Virus record (IMG/VR): IMGVR_UViG_3300037516_001783
Coordinates: 1-64,000 of that record
Reading direction: 5' to 3' (one strand)
From: a virus
DNA: 64,000 nucleotides
The notes under the pieces are model-generated. The model saw only the letters and a list, made by a program, of their open reading frames with translations. It was not told the DNA's origin and did no database searches. This document shows positions 1 through 10,398 of this stretch, in pieces. Both the position numbers and the translations under genes were made by a program. Each line of letters opens with the position of its first letter. The first letter of the stretch is position 1.

Positions 1-794
1 GTTGCTGATAAACAAAGTAATCCTCTGATATTGTCACAAGTTTTTATTGTAGCAATTCTTTTTACAGATAAAAATTCATGAACCTCATCTACAATCAAAA
101 GGTCTATTGTTTTTAACCAAGCTGTTAATTCTTTCTTCCTCTTGAAATTTTCCTTCTTCTTTTTGTAGATTGAAGTTTTTACTGGAAACAGAATTCCTGT
201 TAATGTTTGTATAGTTGCTACGGTTATCTGTTTACTGAAATCTAAAATTTTACCTTGAACTGTTCCGACACGACTTACTTTGTCATTTAAAAACAATTCA
301 AACTCTTTTTTAGTTTGTCTCTGTAAATCAACAGAGTCTACAATAAACAACACTTTAGAATCAAACTGTTCTATACAGATTCTTGATATTTCTGCAGATG
401 TAAAAGTTTTACCACCTCTTGTTGGAATTTGAGCAATACCAAAAGGATTTTTGAAAAATTCAATTACTGTATCTTTTTGATGTTGCCATAACATAGGATT
501 AAGATTTACTTTCTGCAAATCTACCTTGAAAGAGAATTTATCATAATCAACTGTTTTAACAGTGATATTTTGTTTCTCCATTTCATCTGTTATGTACTTT
601 GCTAAGCCGAAGTCAATTTCATACTCTTTGTCGTAAAATCTGTGAAAACCATCCCAAATACCATCTACATACAAAGCAGACATATAAGCACTTTCCTGGA
701 AAAACGACAAACATCTTTTAACATAATTCATCTCTGAACTGTTGTTACAAATAATCTTTGCTCTGAAAGTTGAAATCCTCTTTAAAGTCACCAT
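1..794 (-). CDS. SF2 DNA helicase, UvsW-like (N-terminal part; runs off the window start)
   Basis: Not in the ORF track; translated by hand from ATG at 794: MVTLKRISTF...GIWDGFHRFY...IPTRGGKT (Walker A)...QITVATIQTL...LLIVDEVHEF (DExH). Confidence 0.9.
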   Translation of the reverse strand, partial: MVTLKRISTFRAKIICNNSSEMNYVKRCLSFFQESAYMSALYVDGIWDGFHRFYDKEYEIDFGLAKYITDEMEKQNITVKTVDYDKFSFKVDLQKVNLNPMLWQHQKDTVIEFFKNPFGIAQIPTRGGKTFTSAEISRICIEQFDSKVLFIVDSVDLQRQTKKEFELFLNDKVSRVGTVQGKILDFSKQITVATIQTLTGILFPVKTSIYKKKKENFKRKKELTAWLKTIDLLIVDEVHEFLSVKRIATIKTCDNIRGLLCLSA

Positions 795-1150
795 ACACAC
801 CATAACCCTGTTATTTCTGTGAATAACTTGTTACTGAAAAATTTTGTACTGCTACCATTGTTACATCTTTTATGTGTTGTTTCTTACTGTTGTGTTATCT
901 TTTTTCTGTGTTGTTCATGACGATTGCTGTTTTTCTCGGCATTTTAATTTTTTGAATCGAGAGAATCGAGATTTATAAAAATTAAAACAAAAGTTCATCA
1001 TTTCAAAAGTTCATCAATTCATCAATCAAAAACTCTCTTTCTTCTTATATTGAATACCATTATTCGCATGCATGTGAGTGCATATGCATGGATACATGTG
1101 TGAGTGTGGATGGATGAGTGAGGTGTTATAACAACAATTGACTCATTTGC

Positions 1151-1158
1151 TAAATTTG
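1151..1158 (+). promoter_or_regulatory. Bacteroidota-type sigma70 -7 element (TAAATTTG)
   Basis: Matches TAnnTTTG, about 54 nt upstream of the only clear plus-strand gene (1212). Confidence 0.6.
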
Positions 1159-1211
1159 AATAACACAAATACACAAATGAAAACAAGGTTATTCAAGAAA
1201 AATAGCGAAAA

Positions 1212-1676
1212 ATGAACTACCTGTCAAAAGTAAAGAAATTCCATAAAGTGTTTGGCCACCCTGTTGTTGACAAACCTAGCATACCAGACCTTTCTAGGTG
1301 TAATCTTAGAGTTTCTCTGTTAAAAGAAGAACTTGATGAACTGATAACAGCGATATCAGAAAATGATTTAACAGAAGTTGCTGATGCGTTTGCAGACCTT
1401 CAATTTGTCCTTTGTGGGGCAATTTTAGAGTTTGGAATGGCAAGCAAATTCGACAAATTGTTTGAAGAAGTTACGAATTCAAACATGAGTAAATCTTGTA
1501 AAACAATTGAAGTTGCTGAACAAACAGTTCAAAAATACGCTGAATCTGGAATAGAAACTTATATCCAAACAGTGAAATACAAAGGTGAAAAATTCTTCAT
1601 CATCAAGAGAAAAGAAGATGATAAAATTTTGAAAAGTATCGAAATGGTACAGCCTGATTTAGCAAAAATACTTTAA
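1212..1676 (+). CDS. MazG-like / PRA-PH family nucleoside triphosphate pyrophosphohydrolase
   Basis: VKKFH..FG, LLKEELDEL, EVADAFADLQFV, EVTNSNMSK and KILKS motifs of the all-alpha NTP-PPase family. Confidence 0.85.
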   Translation: MNYLSKVKKFHKVFGHPVVDKPSIPDLSRCNLRVSLLKEELDELITAISENDLTEVADAFADLQFVLCGAILEFGMASKFDKLFEEVTNSNMSKSCKTIEVAEQTVQKYAESGIETYIQTVKYKGEKFFIIKRKEDDKILKSIEMVQPDLAKIL

Positions 1677-1684
1677 TTTTTTAA

Positions 1685-1722
1685 TACCAAAGGTTTGTTT
1701 TGGTTGTGACAAACCTTTGGTA
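1685..1722. terminator. Bidirectional intrinsic terminator between convergent genes
   Basis: TACCAAAGGTTTG ... CAAACCTTTGGTA perfect 13-bp inverted repeat followed by a T-run. Confidence 0.8.
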
Positions 1723-1728
1723 ATTTTT

Positions 1729-2553
1729 TTATAACCACTCAATAACAAATGTAAAATCTTGTGGTTTATTGTTTATTGGTGTATGACCTGATTTCTCAAA
1801 ATCCTCATACATTTTTAACCACCTATCCTCAGCTTTAAGTGCTGACTTTTCCTTATCAACACTTCTATTCATCCAGATACATATTTCCTGTCCAGATATG
1901 AAATTATTTGATATCAGACAACTATTATCCACACCTCCTGAATAGTTATCACCAACCAAAGTTGATTGGTTAAATGACGATAAAATTGGTTGGTTTGTAA
2001 ATTCACCAATCAACTTCTTTTCAATGTAAAATTCATTATCAGATTTTCTGATTATAGAATGTTCTTGATTCATCCTAAAAGCTTTAATCACAGAATCTAT
2101 GAATAAAGTAGGAATTATATTAGTCACAAGAACTTCGACTCCTTCGATGACGACTTTTTCTCCTAAAACAAGTGAATTATTTACTTTCACTAAAGATTTG
2201 GCAAAAACCACACTCACATCAAAGAAATCTACATCATAAGGTTTGTCAGAAGATGAATTTAACAACTCAACTTGATTTGCTAATGACGCTCCTATTGTTA
2301 TGTTAACAATTGAATCTTCAGGTTTTAAAGAATAAATTAAAACACCTTTCAAATCTTCACCTGAATCGTTCTTTAAGAAAACAACTTTTGTTTCATCTGT
2401 TTCACCATTCAACATACTGTTAGACAGCACAGAAAAAACTGATTCAACCTTTCCATTTGGTATTGGTGTAGATGATATATAACCACCTAAAGATTTCAAA
2501 GGGGAGTTTTGCTCCCCATTTAATTTATCAGCACCTGAATAGTAAAATTTCAT
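1729..2553 (-). CDS. Virion structural protein (baseplate/tail-associated)
   Basis: N-terminal KFYYSGA...SLGGYISST motif and C-terminal ICIWMNR resemble phage baseplate-region proteins; last gene of the tail operon. Confidence 0.5.
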   Translation of the reverse strand: MKFYYSGADKLNGEQNSPLKSLGGYISSTPIPNGKVESVFSVLSNSMLNGETDETKVVFLKNDSGEDLKGVLIYSLKPEDSIVNITIGASLANQVELLNSSSDKPYDVDFFDVSVVFAKSLVKVNNSLVLGEKVVIEGVEVLVTNIIPTLFIDSVIKAFRMNQEHSIIRKSDNEFYIEKKLIGEFTNQPILSSFNQSTLVGDNYSGGVDNSCLISNNFISGQEICIWMNRSVDKEKSALKAEDRWLKMYEDFEKSGHTPINNKPQDFTFVIEWL

Positions 2554-2554
2554 A

Positions 2555-5350
2555 TTATAATTCTTTTACAAGTAATTTACCATCTCTAATATATGAAGAA
2601 CCTCCAAAAGATGAAACTTTTACATGACCTCTAACAGACAATTCTTCATTTGCTGTAACTTTTATTATAGCTTTTGATTTTGATACCGATAATATTGTCC
2701 ACCCATTTCCATTATCAGGAGCAGCAGCTTGTACATAAGTGAATGCATTTTTATTGATATCAAGCATACCTAAAACATCACCTGTTGATGGGTTGTTTGG
2801 TGCAACTGATATACAAACAAAACAGTCAGCTCCAGCATCACCATTGTTAGTTACTGCTGTAAATGAACCGACTCTAAAATCAACTTCATATATTTTGTCA
2901 ACATTAGAAACGGGCAACTCTATTTTCATCTCTTGGTTTGTCACACCATTTAACAACCATTTAGATGAATAATTAGTACTTACAGTTCCATAAGTGAAAG
3001 TACCTTCTGGAACAGAAACGCCACCAGAACTTTCATTTACCAAAGAAGGGTATTCAACAAAAGCACCAAATTGGTCTGCTGGTAATGTTACTGATTGATT
3101 TTGTGAGTTGATTACCTTTACTTCTTTTATGAATTTTGTTGTTTGTTTTGATATAAATGTTTGGTGTAATAACCAAGTATCTAAGTCTTTTGAATAAATA
3201 AATTGGTACAAAACTCCAGATTCATAATCCATTGCTTCATATTCTGCATTTGTACAAGTGTGAATTACAGTACCACCAATTCCTGGACTAACATCATCAC
3301 CAACTTTAAATATCAAGTTAAAAGAACCTGTTATCAACTTTTGTTTTATCTGTATGAAGAACCTACTTCCATCAGCTACAGCAGAACCATCACCTTTGAA
3401 TTTAGATAAATTTATGATATGGTCTTGAACTAAAGAATAAGGGGTTGAAGAAACTAAAGACTGATATTGCCTGTCTTGACCAACTTTTAAACATTTATAA
3501 GCGTCATTATCAACTAACAACGAAAGGTCTGTTGGGTTTACAGAAGTTATATCACCTTTGTCAATTCTGTCTCTGAATAATGAAAGAGCATTTCTGTTTT
3601 TAATCAGACGTAAGAAATCCTTAAACATATCTGAAATGTAAGGAGTTAATACATTTTCTTCATTAATATAACCAACACTATCAGAATTTATTGTATATTT
3701 TGGACCATATACTTTGTGATTCTTGTGATAGTAACTGATACTGTAATTTTTTGTAGTGTCAGTAGATAAATTCAGAGCAAGTAAAGGTATCAAAACAAAA
3801 CCATTTCTTATATCTGAAAATACAGTTTTCACCAATTCTTTGTTACTTGTAACTTCAATAACAATTTCTTCAACATTTGGTACAATTGTTACTTTAGGTA
3901 CATATTGATTCCAAATTAATTTCCAATATGGTGAATTTTCACTTGGTATTTGATTTGTATTTGAAGATAAGCTTTTGTAAACTTGCTGACCATATTTAAC
4001 ATACTCACCAACGTAAAGAGTTGTTGAAGACCATGCTGTTTGGTCAGGTGATACGTCTAAAATATCATCAGAATCTACCAATATGTAATTAATTGATGAA
4101 AATGATACTTTGTCACCTTGTTTATAAGTAACAGCAGAATTGTATAAAATAGGTTCAAAATCTTGAGGAGATAACCTATCTAAGATTACTTCTATTGTTG
4201 TACCTACTTTTACAGAATTTTTGATTATATAATACCCTTCTTGATTAACTTCTGAATTGAATGTTCTTTTGTTACTAATAAAATCTACATATAATCGATA
4301 TTCATCAAACATACCATTCGTGAATAATGCAGAATCTTTGAATATACCACCAGATAAAGTGTTTAATACAATTTTATTTTGATTTGTATTAACTGAAAAT
4401 GAATTACTTGTAACACCGAAACCAACTTTTACAATATTGTTTTCTAATGAAGAGTTTTCATTGTCATATTTTATACTTTCTACACCAATTATTTCATTCT
4501 TTTGGTTTGATATGTAATCAATTTCAGCTACACCATTGAATTTGAAAAATTCAGTCCTGTAATCTTGTATCTCAACAACACCAGATAAATTCCTTAATCT
4601 ACAAATAAAGAATTCTTTATCTTGAACATAAAATGGTTTAATTGGTGAACCGTCTAAACTTGATTCAGCAACTAACTCTATGTTCAATTCAGAATATCTG
4701 AATATGTTTTTATTTTCAGTTAAAGGTATAAATCCCGGAGTGAATGTTCCAATAACACTATAAAGTAATTCAGTTTCTGTTGTGAAATCACCACTTAATA
4801 ACAACTGTGTATCAGATATAACCTGTACAACTTCATATTCTTGTACATTCAAAGTTGAGTTGTTTAATGAAACACCATCTGAACTTCTTTTGTAAAATTT
4901 TATCTTAGAAGGGAAGTTTGGTTGTCCCCTCAATACTTTAGTAAATTGAGTTCCAACACCTGTACAAACACCATCAGAAGTAATATCTACAACTCCTTTT
5001 TCAAGAACACTTTCTTTTGCTGAAATCTTTAACCAATACCAAGCACTACTGTTAGAAATAGGTATTGGTGAATTTAAATTATTTCTTGATATACAAACCT
5101 GTCCTGCAGAATTTATAGAAATTAATGTACCATTTTGTATTGAAATTGTTTTATCACCTAAAACATCTAAATCTTGAGAGACTTGAAAGTCTGTAAAATC
5201 TTCACCTATCTTATTATTTTTAACAATACCAAATGAATCACTATTGACTTTCAATAGTTGTCCTAATGAGTCATCAAATATAAATTGAGATAATTTATTT
5301 AACTCTAAATTATCTAAAAATAAATCTTCACTGAATTTTAGCTTATTCAT
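2555..5350 (-). CDS. Large baseplate/tail-fibre-type protein with two CBM5/12-like repeats
   Basis: 931 aa, beta-rich; YNSAVTYKQGDKVSF and WSSTTLYVGEYVKYGQQVYKS..NQIPSENSPYW repeats; TGVGTQFT motif; stop/start coupled to its neighbours. Confidence 0.6.
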   Translation of the reverse strand: MNKLKFSEDLFLDNLELNKLSQFIFDDSLGQLLKVNSDSFGIVKNNKIGEDFTDFQVSQDLDVLGDKTISIQNGTLISINSAGQVCISRNNLNSPIPISNSSAWYWLKISAKESVLEKGVVDITSDGVCTGVGTQFTKVLRGQPNFPSKIKFYKRSSDGVSLNNSTLNVQEYEVVQVISDTQLLLSGDFTTETELLYSVIGTFTPGFIPLTENKNIFRYSELNIELVAESSLDGSPIKPFYVQDKEFFICRLRNLSGVVEIQDYRTEFFKFNGVAEIDYISNQKNEIIGVESIKYDNENSSLENNIVKVGFGVTSNSFSVNTNQNKIVLNTLSGGIFKDSALFTNGMFDEYRLYVDFISNKRTFNSEVNQEGYYIIKNSVKVGTTIEVILDRLSPQDFEPILYNSAVTYKQGDKVSFSSINYILVDSDDILDVSPDQTAWSSTTLYVGEYVKYGQQVYKSLSSNTNQIPSENSPYWKLIWNQYVPKVTIVPNVEEIVIEVTSNKELVKTVFSDIRNGFVLIPLLALNLSTDTTKNYSISYYHKNHKVYGPKYTINSDSVGYINEENVLTPYISDMFKDFLRLIKNRNALSLFRDRIDKGDITSVNPTDLSLLVDNDAYKCLKVGQDRQYQSLVSSTPYSLVQDHIINLSKFKGDGSAVADGSRFFIQIKQKLITGSFNLIFKVGDDVSPGIGGTVIHTCTNAEYEAMDYESGVLYQFIYSKDLDTWLLHQTFISKQTTKFIKEVKVINSQNQSVTLPADQFGAFVEYPSLVNESSGGVSVPEGTFTYGTVSTNYSSKWLLNGVTNQEMKIELPVSNVDKIYEVDFRVGSFTAVTNNGDAGADCFVCISVAPNNPSTGDVLGMLDINKNAFTYVQAAAPDNGNGWTILSVSKSKAIIKVTANEELSVRGHVKVSSFGGSSYIRDGKLLVKEL

Positions 5351-7059
5351 TTTATTTCCGTTATTTTTAATATTGAATTGTAAGGAATTAATTTTTGTCT
5401 TGAAAATGTTGTAACATCATCAATTGATAATTTAGAACTATTATTCTTACACATAACATGTAAGACATTATTAGTAGTTAAGAACATTTTTGAAAAAGCA
5501 CCTCTCAATGGTTTATTTTCTAATGTAGGTGTTGAAGTGTTATCTGAATAAACAGTTTGTACTGTACATCCAGAAACTAAAGGTCTTATTTGTAATGCTT
5601 GTATTGTTACTTCAGCATTGAAGTTACCTGAATTTGTATTATTTATGTACAAAACAGGTGCTATTTTAGAAGTCATAACATCCATCTTTAAATGAGTTCC
5701 AAACCCAACATTTAAAGTAGCATCTTGTTGATTTGAAATCAACTCTCTTGATGAATTATAAATTATACCTCTAACAAAATAATAAGTATCTATTCTGTTT
5801 AATTTCTTAAGTTCAAAAAAGTACTTAGTGTCAACCTCATTAAATACGTTTTTTGTTGTCAATTCATTATCTTCAATATCAAATGTCTTTACTCCAAATG
5901 TTATGTTGTTAACATTTATATTTTGTTTGATTTTGAAAGTTATTTCATAATCAATTTTACTATCTACTGGGATGAGCTTTGTAAGTTCAGTTTCATAAAC
6001 AGAAAAAGGAAAATCATTTGAAATATTAAAACCTGAAATATTTCCATAATTATCTCTCAATATTAAACTTAAAAAATTATCATTTGTATCTATACCGTCA
6101 CCTTGATAAGTTTGTGTATTGTAATATCCAACATTAGACATTTTACCATCTTTGTCAAGATTTTTTATTGTATTTTTAGACAAATAATTACCTCTAAAAG
6201 ATGGAGAAGTTTTTCCTAAACACCAAGCTGAAGTTTGATTGTAATAAAGGTCAAATTGAAATTCATCTGATTGTTTATTATCTATCAACCTTAAAAATTC
6301 ACCTTGTAACTCTTGGTCATCTTTCCCTTTAAATACAAATTCTGTACCTCTCTTAGCAACCTCTTTAAAGAAATTAACCTTTGCGTAATTTAAATCTTGT
6401 AAATCAGTAGAATCATTGAAATATAGACCTCTTTGGTTCATGAACCTGTTCAACTCTAATAATTCAGATTCAAAACCTGATATTTTCTTTTTAGTAAAAA
6501 GGAGTATTATACAAAAGAAATCTGTTAATGTTTTACAAAAAGCAATGTAATCAGCGTCATCAACTCTTGGGTTGTTTGTTTGTCCTCTCTCAATGTATTC
6601 AGGTATTATACCAACATCAAACAATTTCTTTGTGAATACCGAACTAAGTTCACTCAATTCTGGATTGAATAAGTAAAGTTCTTTGAAAATTGAGTTTGGT
6701 AAATAGTAATAATCAAAATTACTTATTGGGTCTGTTATTACAGAATTCAATGAAATACTTTGAAAAACCAATGGTGGTCCACCTGTTTCAGAACCTGACC
6801 TTGTATATCTGTAGTTTATGTAAAAACTGTCTTCTGGTGTTACATTGATTGTTGATAAATTATCGTTATTTAATGTCAACCAATCACTAAAAAATAAACC
6901 GTCTAATGAATAACAAAACTCTCTTTTGAAAAATTTATTTACAGTTTCGAATAAAACAACGTCAGTGTAACTGTCAATACTTGAATGACCAAATGTTGGA
7001 AATTTGTTACTTATTAAAAGTACGTCTCCTATCTCATAAGCAGCATTATCTACAACCAT
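5347..7059 (-). CDS. Putative baseplate wedge protein
   Basis: 570 aa; central KRGT motif and C-terminal LIPYN resemble wedge (gpI-like) proteins; lies in the tail operon. Confidence 0.5.
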   Translation of the reverse strand: MVVDNAAYEIGDVLLISNKFPTFGHSSIDSYTDVVLFETVNKFFKREFCYSLDGLFFSDWLTLNNDNLSTINVTPEDSFYINYRYTRSGSETGGPPLVFQSISLNSVITDPISNFDYYYLPNSIFKELYLFNPELSELSSVFTKKLFDVGIIPEYIERGQTNNPRVDDADYIAFCKTLTDFFCIILLFTKKKISGFESELLELNRFMNQRGLYFNDSTDLQDLNYAKVNFFKEVAKRGTEFVFKGKDDQELQGEFLRLIDNKQSDEFQFDLYYNQTSAWCLGKTSPSFRGNYLSKNTIKNLDKDGKMSNVGYYNTQTYQGDGIDTNDNFLSLILRDNYGNISGFNISNDFPFSVYETELTKLIPVDSKIDYEITFKIKQNINVNNITFGVKTFDIEDNELTTKNVFNEVDTKYFFELKKLNRIDTYYFVRGIIYNSSRELISNQQDATLNVGFGTHLKMDVMTSKIAPVLYINNTNSGNFNAEVTIQALQIRPLVSGCTVQTVYSDNTSTPTLENKPLRGAFSKMFLTTNNVLHVMCKNNSSKLSIDDVTTFSRQKLIPYNSILKITEIK

Positions 7060-7082
7060 ATGTTTTTTATTATGAAAAAAAC

Positions 7083-7091
7083 ATAACTGTT
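7083..7091 (-). promoter_or_regulatory. Candidate late promoter AACAGTTAT
   Basis: Recurrent 9-mer upstream of structural genes; 24 nt before ATG 7059. Confidence 0.55.
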
Positions 7092-7098
7092 TGTATCA

Positions 7099-7728
7099 CT
7101 AAAAAATAGAACCTATTACAGCAAGAATACTTAATATTGTAATTATAACAACTCCTCTGTTCTTAAGTTTTTTATTAGTTTCGTTCAAATCTTGATTCTC
7201 AGAAGCTAATTTTGAATTATCTTTGTCCTTATTTTCAATAACCTTTTGACTCTTCAATAATAAGTTTGAAACTGTATCTACTTGAAATTTTAAGGTTTTA
7301 TTTTCATTTGTTATCTCTTTGTTTAATTTTTCTAAACCTGAAGAAGTTGAATCACATATAGACAGTTCAGAAGACATTTGACCAACTATTTCTTCACAAG
7401 GTTTATACTTTTCTATATTTTTAATTAAGCTATCAATAATCTTTTTAGATTTATAATTACTGCTTAATTTTATCTTTTCTCTATCTAATTTTAGATTCTT
7501 AATTACTTTTGATAGTGAATCTTGTTTTGTCCTACTATCCTTCAATTTGTTATCAAAAAATTGCTTCACACTTTTTAATGAATCTGAGAAATCAACCTTT
7601 ACAGGTGGATGTATGTACCTAATTTCTTCCTCACGATTACCTGAACATTTGTTAAATAAAAACAAGCAAACTAAAATTGTAAAAACACAAGTAATTACAC
7701 TTGTGTTTATTGTTTTATTTTTGAACAT
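7099..7728 (-). CDS. Putative unimolecular spanin
   Basis: N-terminal hydrophobic signal ending LFNKC-SG (lipobox-like), long coiled coil, C-terminal TM GVVIITILSILAVIGSIF; follows endolysin and holin-like genes. Confidence 0.6.
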   Translation of the reverse strand: MFKNKTINTSVITCVFTILVCLFLFNKCSGNREEEIRYIHPPVKVDFSDSLKSVKQFFDNKLKDSRTKQDSLSKVIKNLKLDREKIKLSSNYKSKKIIDSLIKNIEKYKPCEEIVGQMSSELSICDSTSSGLEKLNKEITNENKTLKFQVDTVSNLLLKSQKVIENKDKDNSKLASENQDLNETNKKLKNRGVVIITILSILAVIGSIF

Positions 7729-7942
7729 CTTCTTCTTTTGTTATTTTAAAACCACCAATCAACATGTTGATTACACCAGCACCAATTGCCACATACAGTG
7801 CTAATTTGTCATTCCCATTTACAGTGTAATAGGAAATTAAGGTTCCTGAAATAGCAATAAATCCTGCTCTAACTCTTTCAACTTCTTCTGAAGTTTGAGC
7901 AAATAAGTTCACAAGTGAATATGTAACTTTAATCTTATTCAT
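7715..7942 (-). CDS. Holin-like small membrane protein
   Basis: 75 aa, two hydrophobic segments, charged C-tail; overlaps both the endolysin and the spanin genes. Confidence 0.55.
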   Translation of the reverse strand: MNKIKVTYSLVNLFAQTSEEVERVRAGFIAISGTLISYYTVNGNDKLALYVAIGAGVINMLIGGFKITKEEDVQK

Positions 7943-8435
7943 GATTTTCTATTGTCTTAATAACACTTTTTAAAACTTTAGCGTAATTTGGGTCTGTAGC
8001 ATATCCTGCTTTTGCTACCTCTTCAGCAAATCTATATGGGTCAGCTCTGTGAATCAGAGCAGTTTTATACCTTGAATTTTTGAAGAAAAAGTCTGAATGG
8101 TTTTTGAATGATTCATATGCTGTATCGTACTTTCTAAAGTAATCTTTTACAACATATTTCCACAACTTTTTAGCTGGGTTCACTAAAACCTTAGAAATTA
8201 TACTTGGGAATTTTGCATTTGCATTATACAAAAATTCAGTTGTGGTAATCAATTGTTCATTACCATTTACACCATCAGTATCTTTAACACCGAAGAAATT
8301 ATTACCGACAGCACTTTTACCCCAACCAGATTCTAATGCTCCTTGTGCAAGGGTAAATCTGTAATCAATACCACTCTCCTTTTGCAATTTTACAGCATAA
8401 GGTTTAAATGTTTTTATAAACTCCTTTGGTGTCAT
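7935..8435 (-). CDS. Endolysin, GH73 glucosaminidase/muramidase (FlgJ-like)
   Basis: LAQGALESGWG, NNFFGVK, FRKY, GYATDPNYA motifs. Confidence 0.92.
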   Translation of the reverse strand: MTPKEFIKTFKPYAVKLQKESGIDYRFTLAQGALESGWGKSAVGNNFFGVKDTDGVNGNEQLITTTEFLYNANAKFPSIISKVLVNPAKKLWKYVVKDYFRKYDTAYESFKNHSDFFFKNSRYKTALIHRADPYRFAEEVAKAGYATDPNYAKVLKSVIKTIENHE

Positions 8436-8444
8436 AATAAATAA

Positions 8445-8846
8445 TTAGTGATGATTTTTATCTTGTTTGTTTTTCAACTCTTCTTTTATTTCTTGAAGAA
8501 TCTTTTCAGTTCTCTCTTCAGCCTTGTCTAATCGCTTCTCTTGGTCTCCGATTAATTTAGCTATGACTTTGGTGGTTTCGTTAAATGTAGAAGTGCTGTG
8601 CTTTAAATTTAACTTTATTTCAGCAAACCCTTCTTTTATTTCTGAAACCTTTTCCATCCATTTGTTAGTATTATCCTCTAACTTTTGGAAATCAATTGAA
8701 TATTGGGAATCCCTCTTTTCTAAAACTTCAATCCTTGAGTTTATAGAATAGATTGTTATTTTAACCCAAATGAAGAACGAAATTAATGCAAAAATTAATG
8801 CAAAAATTTCGTTAGCAATAGGAATAAATTGTGATATGTTTCCCAT
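8445..8846 (-). CDS. Membrane-anchored coiled-coil protein (holin/antiholin-like)
   Basis: Single N-terminal TM (IFALIFALISFFIWV) plus coiled coil, directly upstream of the endolysin. Confidence 0.5.
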   Translation of the reverse strand: MGNISQFIPIANEIFALIFALISFFIWVKITIYSINSRIEVLEKRDSQYSIDFQKLEDNTNKWMEKVSEIKEGFAEIKLNLKHSTSTFNETTKVIAKLIGDQEKRLDKAEERTEKILQEIKEELKNKQDKNHH

Positions 8847-8849
8847 AAT

Positions 8850-9302
8850 TTACTTTACAAAAGGGATTAGAGATAAGGCTTCGAATTCATCAACTTCTAA
8901 GTCATTTAACAAAGAAGAATCTATTTGTTCAACTTCAAAAGGTATTTCTAAATCACCTATTTGTTTTTCAAGTTGATTTGCTTGCTCGTTCAATTCAATA
9001 TATTGTTCGTTATCAGCAACATCTGAAATTAACAACCCATCTCTTTCGATACCTTTTTCTTTACAAATACCTTGTAATAATTCCTCAATCTTAGAATTCA
9101 ATTCATTCAAAGGATTTTCAATTTCTAAGAAACTTTCAGATTTAAGGTATAATTCTATTCCCATTCTGATGTTCAAAAGTTTGACATTTTTTTCAAATGC
9201 CATTTTTTTGTTTTTAACAAAAATACCATCTTGAATTCCGAATGAATTTTGTCTTCTCAAAGACAGCATAAAATTTTTACCTTGTGAAACTGTAACCTTC
9301 AT
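8850..9302 (-). CDS. Hypothetical protein (helical; tail-fibre/lysis region)
   Basis: ORF track; probable ATG start at 9302 (MKVTV). Confidence 0.5.
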   Translation of the reverse strand: MKVTVSQGKNFMLSLRRQNSFGIQDGIFVKNKKMAFEKNVKLLNIRMGIELYLKSESFLEIENPLNELNSKIEELLQGICKEKGIERDGLLISDVADNEQYIELNEQANQLEKQIGDLEIPFEVEQIDSSLLNDLEVDEFEALSLIPFVK

Positions 9303-9348
9303 TTTGTTGTTTTTGGAAAACACTGATTAAGTGTATGTTTAACTTACA

Positions 9349-9858
9349 TTACAACTGTTTATAGCTGTTAGTTGGTGTTATAATCACCTGTCCTTTTCTG
9401 TTTAATGGTGAAAAGTCTCTTCCTGTTAGGTTCCAATAATACTCTTTTTTACACATGTATCCTAACCACTCAAAACAGAACCAAGCGTTTTCTATGTCTT
9501 TATTTGAAATCTTTTTAGTTATGAATGAATCTACACCGAATAACTTTTTGCTGAAATAGAAAGCACCTTGAGAACCAAATATTGAGAAATCATATCTATC
9601 CCCCAAATGATTCTTGTATTCAACATCTGTTTCAACTTCTGGTAAGTATCTGATTTCACAAATAAGAGAATATTTTTTCAACATATTCTCTTTTGTTATC
9701 AAAATAACACCAAATTCAACAGCTTCAGAAAACATTTCAACACCTTCAGAATCTGTAAAGCACCAACCACAATGGTTCCAATAAGAATCAGTTCCAAGCC
9801 TTATAGTGCTTGAAACTGCATTCCCACGTCTATGAAAGAGAACAGGTGTAATTTTCAT
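9349..9858 (-). CDS. Permuted papain-like (NlpC/P60, YiiX/YebB-type) amidase/peptidase
   Basis: His before Cys order: WNHCG ... EA ... G.RYD ... WFCFEW. Confidence 0.7.
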   Translation of the reverse strand: MKITPVLFHRRGNAVSSTIRLGTDSYWNHCGWCFTDSEGVEMFSEAVEFGVILITKENMLKKYSLICEIRYLPEVETDVEYKNHLGDRYDFSIFGSQGAFYFSKKLFGVDSFITKKISNKDIENAWFCFEWLGYMCKKEYYWNLTGRDFSPLNRKGQVIITPTNSYKQL

Positions 9859-9860
9859 TA

Positions 9861-10394
9861 TTAAACTCTTGCTTTCATATTCTTAGTCATCAAACTAACA
9901 ATATTTGTGAACATTTTGAATGTACTGAACATAGGTTTCCAACCACCAGCAACATCAACTTTTTTCTCATATCTTTTAGGATTAAAAGAAACAGGATTTT
10001 GTGGGTCTGTTAAATCTTTTATTTCTTTTGTTAAATCATCAATAAGATGTTCAGTTCCATTACTTTGTTGGAATCCAGTAATTTGTCCATTAGAAATTGT
10101 TAATTTAACGTACAATTCGTCAGTCATAATCATTTCCTGACCATTAGGGTAACGATTGCTTAATTTACCATTTGGTTTTCTAATCCAAGTTCCTTGAAAT
10201 TTAGCAAATTCAGCAACTTTAGATTTCATAGATTTTTTGAAAATATTACTTTCATACCAAATGTCAAGTTCTTCTGAACCATCTTCATTTATGATATGTA
10301 CACCTTGGTCTTCAAGGATATCGAATTCTGGTAAAATTGTAGCAACACCATTTGCCCAATCAATTGATACTGATACTTCTGTCGTTGTTTTCAT
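9861..10394 (-). CDS. Hypothetical protein downstream of the tail fibre (possible fibre chaperone)
   Basis: ORF track; positional inference only. Confidence 0.45.
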   Translation of the reverse strand: MKTTTEVSVSIDWANGVATILPEFDILEDQGVHIINEDGSEELDIWYESNIFKKSMKSKVAEFAKFQGTWIRKPNGKLSNRYPNGQEMIMTDELYVKLTISNGQITGFQQSNGTEHLIDDLTKEIKDLTDPQNPVSFNPKRYEKKVDVAGGWKPMFSTFKMFTNIVSLMTKNMKARV

Positions 10395-10398
10395 AGTT

